The notes under the pieces were generated by a model, which did no database searches, was not told where the DNA came from, and worked only from the letters and a program-made list of their open reading frames with translations. A stretch of 64,000 bases of DNA from the human T2T-CHM13v2.0 reference genome, Homo sapiens, in assembly GCF_009914755.1 (NCBI RefSeq), contig NC_060929.1. One strand, written 5' to 3'. Every line of letters starts with the position of its first letter. Within the stretch, counting starts at the first letter, position 1. Positions 57,564 through 64,000 of this stretch are shown here, one piece after another. The translations under genes and the position numbers were made by a program.

Positions 57564-58097
57564 ATCTTTTGTTTGAATCTAGAAGCAGCATAGGGCAAAT
57601 GGTGTTTAGATCTCCTAATGCTGTTTAATCTTAGTATAAAAGACAAGTTACAATAAATTATAGGCAAAATAATATTAATATTATAATAGAGATTATTCAA
57701 TTCTACACTGCAAACCATTCCTTTTTTTTAAGTGTCTTAATTTTTTTCTTAAATACTTCTGTTCAAAGTTTTAAGCAACTATGTTAATTAAAATTCTACT
57801 TCAATGATTGTACTTTACCACATTTTCCCAAAACTATCCTTTTGTCTGGAACATATGAAGCAAGTTTTATATAAATCACATTTATTTGTTTATATTTTAT
57901 ATGCAAGAAGCTGTATCAGTTTAAAGAATGATGGGTTAGTTTTGACTGTTTATATGCCTATGAACACATTGCCACAATAAAGATACAAAATTTTGCTATC
58001 ACCCACAAAGTTCTCTTTGTCCCCCATGCAGTTTATATTCTTCCCTGTCCCCAAGGTCAAGGAGTCACCAAAATGTTATTTCATTATAAAGTGTGTT

Positions 58098-59031
58098 TGC
58101 TACGGTCTGCATGTTTATGTATTTCTAAAATGTATATGTTGAAACCCATTCCCCATTGTGAGGTTATTTGGAGGTAGAGCCTCTGGGAGGTAATTAGGTC
58201 ATTGGAGTGAAGTGCTCACAAATGAGATTAGTGCCTTTAAAAAAGAGCTCCCAGAGAGCTGCTGTGACAGTTAATATTAAGTGTCAACTTGCTTGGATTG
58301 AAGGATGCAAAGTATTCTTTCTGGATATATCTGGGTGTTTCTGGGTGTTGCCAGAAGAGATTAACTTTTGAGTCAGTGGACTGTGAGAGGAAGACTCTTT
58401 AGGAAGACCTATTCACAATGTGTAAGGCATCATAAAATTGGCTACCAGCACAGCTAGAAAAAACAGGCAGAAGCAGGTGGAAAGAGCTATTGACTTGCTG
58501 AGTATTCCAGCCTTCATTTTTCTCCCTTTCTCCCATGCTGGGTACTTCCTGCCCTTGAACATCAGACTCCATGTTCTCCAGCTTTTGGACCCTTGGACTT
58601 ACACCCATGGTATGCCAGGGGCTCTTGGGCCTTTGGCCACAGACTGAAGGCTGCACTGTGAGCTTCCCTGCATTTGAGGTTTTGGGACTCAGACTGGCTT
58701 GCTTGCTACTCGGCTTGAAGATGGCTTATCGTGGGACCTCACTTTGTGAGTCAATTCTCCTAATAAACTCCCCTTCTATGTACATCTATCCTATTAGTTC
58801 TGTCCTTCTAGAGGCTCATGACTAATACAGCGGCTTTGCCCTTTCCTCTAGGTAATGACACAGTGAAAAGGCACCATTAAGGAACCAGAAAGCAGGCCTT
58901 CATCAGACCTACAGTCTGTCGGCACCTTGATTTTGGACTTCCCAGCCTCCAAAACTATGAGAAATAAATTTATGTTGTTTATAATCTACCTAGTTTATGA
59001 TATTTTGTTACAGAGCCAAAGCAGGCTAAGA
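58098..59031 (+). mobile_element. MLT1A-like LTR split by MLT2A1
   Basis: TGCTACGGTCTG...GATTAGTGCCTTT... resumes ...GGCACCTTGATTTTGGACTTCCCAGCCTCCAAAACTATGAGAAATAAATTT...CTAAGAC. Confidence 0.82.
58263..58829 (+). mobile_element. MLT2A1 (HERVL) solo LTR
   Basis: TGTGACAGTTAATATTAAGTGTCAACTTG..TGGATTGAAGGATGCAAAGTATT...CCACAGACTGAAGGCTGCACTGT...GACTAATACA; TSD GCTGC/GCGGC. Confidence 0.85.
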
Positions 59032-60579
59032 CTGCAGTTTCTAGAATTTTATAAAAATGGAATATTATAGTATATATTCCTTTGTGTCTGATTTTTCTAA
59101 CTTAGCATAATAATTTTTAAAATCTTTCATGCTTTTGTATGTGTCATTGGTGTATTACTTGTATTACTGAGTACACTTCTATTCACCCGTTGGTTGGATT
59201 TGATTCAAATTCCCGTCTACTGTAAATCAAGTTCTGATGAATAACCGGCTCCAAATCTACGTGGGAATATATGATCTCCTCTGTCTTGGTGGAATACTTA
59301 GGCATGGAATGTCAAAGTTAGAGTGTATATTTATATTTGAATCTTTAATGAACTGCTGCATACTTTTCCAGAGTGGTGTAATTCCATTTTACAATCTCGC
59401 CTCAGCTGTGTAGGAATTACGGTTGTTCTTCATTGTTGTTAACACTTGATATTGTCATGTTTTTGTTGTTCTTTTTGGCACTTTTGAAGGGCATAAAAAT
59501 GGCATCCTATTGTTTTCTCTTAAATTTTAATAATTAATGATGTTTTCACATAGGCTTAGTTATCCATTAGTCTTATTTTATAAAATACTATTTTGTGAAT
59601 TTTTTGGGGTAGTAGAGTATTATATATAAGATTTTTAAACATATCCTGAATACAATAACTTATTCAGATGTAAGTGGTGCTACATGTTTGCTAATTCTGT
59701 GGTTTGCCTTATTTTCTTAACTATGTATTTTTTAGAGTTTTAATTAGAAAAAGCATATTTTTTAAATTTTTATTTTATTGTTTATTTTTTGTTTTCATGA
59801 AATTGTCTGATAATGAAAACTGTGAAAAAAAATATTTGTTTTTTAAGCTATCCAGTGAGTGGTATTTTACGATGGCAGCTTCTACTAAAGTAATTTAATA
59901 TATTTTAAAGTTATTTGTGTATATCTTGTTTTTTTAATTGATCAAAATAATCAGTGCTTCTTTAGTACTGTTTGTTTTGTTAATCATAGAGTTTACTATT
60001 AGGGTCAATGAATGTTAGCAGGAAAAGAAATTAGGATTATTATTTTATGTTTAAATTAAAATTAATATGTTTAATATGTTTAAATGCCTAACATTCAAGA
60101 AATAGATACCAATCAACTTAAAATTTAACAAGGCACATTAATTTCCCTTGGCTGGGGAAAGGCTCATTTAATGTGCTAGGGGACAATCATAATGAGTCAT
60201 AAGTTATCTTCAGTAATTAAGATCATAGGTAACAACAAAGATAATAACCTTATAATATTTAATAGAAAGTATGCAAGCATTGGCTTTTTATTCTCTATCA
60301 TGTCATTCATTAACAGGAACCACTTACTTATTTTTTCTTAGTGGTATATCCTAGATGTTTGCATTTTGTATTGCATATTCAAGTAAATGATATTATTTAT
60401 AGTGTAGACTTTTGTTTATGATTGCCCCATTTGAGAACACACATTTTTAGTAAAATATGAAACAAATTTGTTTAAACCACTTGAAGCCTGGGAATTTCTT
60501 CAGCTCTGGAATCAGAAAACCAAATGTAACATTCTAGAGAGACTTTAGTGTATTTATTTGTAAGAGTTATATAGCCAAT

Positions 60580-60926
60580 TGATATGGTTTAGCTCTGTGT
60601 CCCCACCCAAATCTTATCTCAAATTGTAATCCCCATGATCCCCACATGTGAAGGGAGGGACTAGGTGAGAAGTGGTTGGATCATGGGGGCAGATTCCCCC
60701 ATGTTGTTCTTATGATAGTGAGTTCTTATAAGATTTGATGGTTATTTAAGGCAGTTTTCCCTGCTCTTGCTTGCTGTCTTTCGTCTGCCACCATGTAAGA
60801 TGTGCCTCTTTAGCCTTCGGCCATGATTGTAAGTTTCCTGAGGTCTCCTCAGCCATGCGGAACTATAAGATAATTAAACCTTCTTTGTTTATAATCTTTA
60901 TAGTAGTGTGAGAATGGACTAATACA
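60580..60926 (+). mobile_element. THE1C/D-like solo LTR
   Basis: TGATATGGTTTAGCTCTGTGTCCCCACCCAAATC...GGACTAATACA; perfect TSD CCAAT. Confidence 0.9.
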
Positions 60927-61447
60927 CCAATTAAACGATATTACAAACAATAGTCCAAGTTATATAATATTGTGTTGTTTGTGACAAAACAGTTTTTGGG
61001 GATCGATATTTCATGTTCTTTATAAAATGGTTTTATAAGTTATCATTCTTTTTCTATGCCTGGAAATAGTTAATAGCACTGCGATTATCATATTTTAAAA
61101 GATTTAATAGAATTTCCATGTGAGACAACCTTGCTGAAAGTAATATTTGTGGGAGATTTTTCATTGTGTTCTCTATTTAATGTATTATGTATAGTTGGCT
61201 TAAATTATTTCTCAAGTTAGCTTAGTGTTTTGAATTTTTAAAATTTGTAAAAACATAAAATTCTCTTACTTGAGCTTTACAAATGTATTTACAAAGAGGT
61301 GTGTAAAATTCATTCCTATTTTGTGCAATTTTGCGTTCTTTGTTCTCGATTAATTATCTAGTATATGTCATTATGTTTGATTTTTCAAATAACTAGTTTT
61401 TTACAAGTATTTTCTAGTTATGCTCTTTTTTATTCCCTGAATTCACT

Positions 61448-61771
61448 AGTGGGCACTGGTATAAGTCCCAAAGTCCAAACACCTGAGACCCAGGAGCTCC
61501 TATGTCTTTGTGTAGGAGAAGGTGGATTTCCCAGCTCAAGAAGAGTGAGAGAACTTGCCTTTCCTTCACCTTTTTGTTCTATTAGAGGCCCCAAAAGTCT
61601 AGATGATGACCACCCATATTGGTGACAACAGATCTCCTTTACTCGTCCTACTGATACACATGCTAATCTCTTCTGGAAACACCCTGATGGACACACCTAA
61701 AAATAATGCTTTACCAGGCATCTGAGCATCCCTTAACCCACTCAGATTGATGCATAAAATTAACTATTGCA
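61448..61771 (-). mobile_element. MLT2B/C-type LTR fragment
   Basis: CCCAGCTCAAGAAGAG...TGCTAATCTCTTCTGGAAACACCCT...CATAAAATTAACTATTGCA. Confidence 0.78.
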
Positions 61772-61829
61772 GGTATGCTCAAGAATCAAAAGATTAAACA
61801 AAATAAGGAATAAACATCTAATGAAAGAT

Positions 61830-62080
61830 TGCCAATAAAAAAGAATGAACTACTCATGCATATGGCAACATGAATGAATCTCAAAATTATTACACTTAAT
61901 GAAATAGTCAGAAAAATAGAGTACTTTCTGTTTCAAAAAATATAAAGTAATGTAAGTGGAAGCCAATTTATTGTGACATCAGTGGTTCCTAGGTCAAGAA
62001 TTGGAGAGAGGGAGGGATGCACTACAGAGGACATCAGGAATTTTGGGAGGTGTTGAAAATTTTCTGTATCTTGACTGGAT
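61830..62080 (+). mobile_element. L1ME-like 3' fragment
   Basis: AATAAAAAAGAATGAACTACT...GCAACATGAATGAATCTCAAAA...AATTTTCTGTATCTTGA. Confidence 0.65.
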
Positions 62081-63429
62081 AACTAGCTACAACATGTGAA
62101 GCTCAACTCTCTACTGCATACCTAATTTAATGTGACTTTTGAAATTATAATGAGCCATTACTATTAGGAAGGATCCTCGTTTCTGTTGAATAGGTATTGC
62201 ACGTGCTTTACATGCCACACATGCAAGAGTCCGAGTAAGCTGTTCTCATTGCCCTGAAATGGAGGCATACTGCTCCTTTCTTCCTATAATTTTGCTAAAC
62301 AGGTGACACTTTTATGTATACACATTCACTTCAGAAATATTCCTAGCATTCTGGTATAATAGATTTCAACTTAATTTTTTCAGATCCTATTGGAATCAGC
62401 TCTAGATGATGAGATAATATGAGTGATAATTGTAATCTTTCTAGTTTTACTACTTCCAAGAGTTAACACGAACATATTAATTTTACAGTTACAGAAAAAT
62501 AATATATAATGGCTGATCACAGTTAGGAATGTGAACTACTTTTGGATCCTTTCAATGTGAGCGGCCGAGGAGGTTTCTTTTTAGGCACAGATTACTCTTA
62601 ATGTGTCATTGATGAGACTCTGGTTTCTGAGTCTAAGGTGGTGGCATCATAATAAGGTCTCTGGTTATTTCATGATGTAGTATACATAATGTTCATATTG
62701 ATTTGGTAGCTCAGTGAGTATGAGTTTTCAGGTGGATTGATTAGTGATCTCAGTTACAGAGAACTTGAGAAAGTTGAGTCACATATAATAAAGCAGGGTT
62801 CTAGAGGGAAAATCCCAGGATAGCCATAGCAATATTTGGTGTTAGATGAAGGTGAATGTATCATGTGTGTTTCTGCCTTATTCCACCATCTCAGACTCAA
62901 ATACCTACTGGTACCTACAGGGATCAAGCAGTAAAAATAAATATATGAATGAACTAGCTGTAACATAATAGAGAGCTGTATGGCCTGTGGTGAACCAGAG
63001 AAATGATACTTTTTAAATGACATTCAAATTTATTGTTTCTATCAAGACTGTGTAGATAGAATTTAATCCACGGTATGTCAATTTACAAGCCCCTGTTACA
63101 CTGCCATAAAAAGGAGTCAAACAATGTAATTCTGTCACACATGTACAATTCATTGACTACTCAGTGCCTTCTCCTACATGCCCATAAGTACTTATAGTAA
63201 AGAACTGTCTCTCTTTGAGCTCATTGTGTCCTCATTATAAAAGTTAGCATAATTATTTATTATTATCAGTTTTAATTTTCATCAATCAACTTTATCTATA
63301 TAGTTATTTACTTATTACAAAATAACTGATCTGATAGGAGATCAAAGGAAGAAAAATTGAGAGTAGATTTTATGCCTAGCAGTCATTTCCTCAACTCCTA
63401 TTTTATAACCAATTGCAATACATGTAGCT

Positions 63430-63900
63430 CTGAGCTCTCTGTTCCATTGAAACTGCTCTTTCTAAAAGAATGTATCACTTTTGAATGGAAACATAATGTC
63501 TCTATGAATACACTGATCTTCTAGACTTCTCTGATGCAAGTGAAAATAATGATCACTTTCACTTTTGAATTCCCAACTTCTTGTCATTTGGATTTTGGTT
63601 CAGCCTCCAACATCTAAGCATTACGTATCCCAGGTTCCCTACTGAGACACTTCTGGTTCTCCATATTTAAAATTTGGAGGTTTGATTTCTTCTGAGATCC
63701 CAACTACTATTAATATCCACACTCATGACTCTTAGACACTTGCATCTTAATATGTCAAAAATGTAATGGCTTCACTTCTGCACATCTGTTTACATTTATA
63801 TCACCTGTCTCTATGCAAAGTGGTAAAACCCCATATAATTTAACTGAAGTCAAAAGTAACAGGGTAAACTATGATCTCACCTGCTTGAACTGATTTCACA
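63430..63900 (+). mobile_element. L2 ORF2 fragment
   Basis: CCATTGAAACTGCTCTT...ATCTTCTAGACTTCTCTGATGCA...TGATCAC resembles the L2 RT segment (STETAL...LLDLSAAFDTVDH). Confidence 0.55.
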
Positions 63901-64000
63901 TTTTAATTTCATGTATATTTTTGTTGGTTAGCTATTCATATAAGTATATATTTCACATCTTATCTTGAAAAACTACATCTATAGAACTATATTTGATATC

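Larger units (their letters stand above)
57900..59760 (-). mobile_element. Ancient L1M 3' region, interrupted by MLT1A/MLT2A1
   Basis: TTCTAGAATTTTATAAAAATGGAATATTATAGTATATATTCCTTTGTGTCTG...TTTTCCAGAGTGGTGTAATTCCATTTTACA is reverse L1M 3' text. Confidence 0.65.

Overview
AT-rich, repeat-dense primate genomic DNA, almost certainly human, because it carries a near-consensus AluYb8, a human-specific subfamily. I find no protein-coding gene, tRNA/rRNA, CRISPR array or prokaryotic system. The listed ORFs I could interpret are by-products of repeats or of low-complexity sequence. The window is a fossil record of transposons: a decayed ERV integrase/env relic, MaLR LTRs (MLT1, THE1, MST), ERVL LTRs (MLT2A1, MLT2B-type, LTR47), ERV1 LTRs (LTR12, MER50-type), two long old L1s, L2/MIR fragments, Tigger1/Tigger2/MER20/MER33 DNA transposons and 11 Alus, with several nested insertions that retain target-site duplications (TSDs). 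The main items worth follow-up are: (1) a CpG-rich, 3'-truncated LTR12 that has lost its poly(A) signal, a candidate lncRNA promoter firing on the minus strand; (2) a ~95-bp twin-primed L1 insertion; (3) the young AluYb8 next to a perfect hairpin; (4) a (GGAA)16 microsatellite; (5) a small CpG-retaining patch at ~31.9 kb with a consensus splice donor. I see no convincing evidence of a new biological system. Subfamily names come from recalled consensus sequences, not from a database search, and the boundaries of old elements are approximate.
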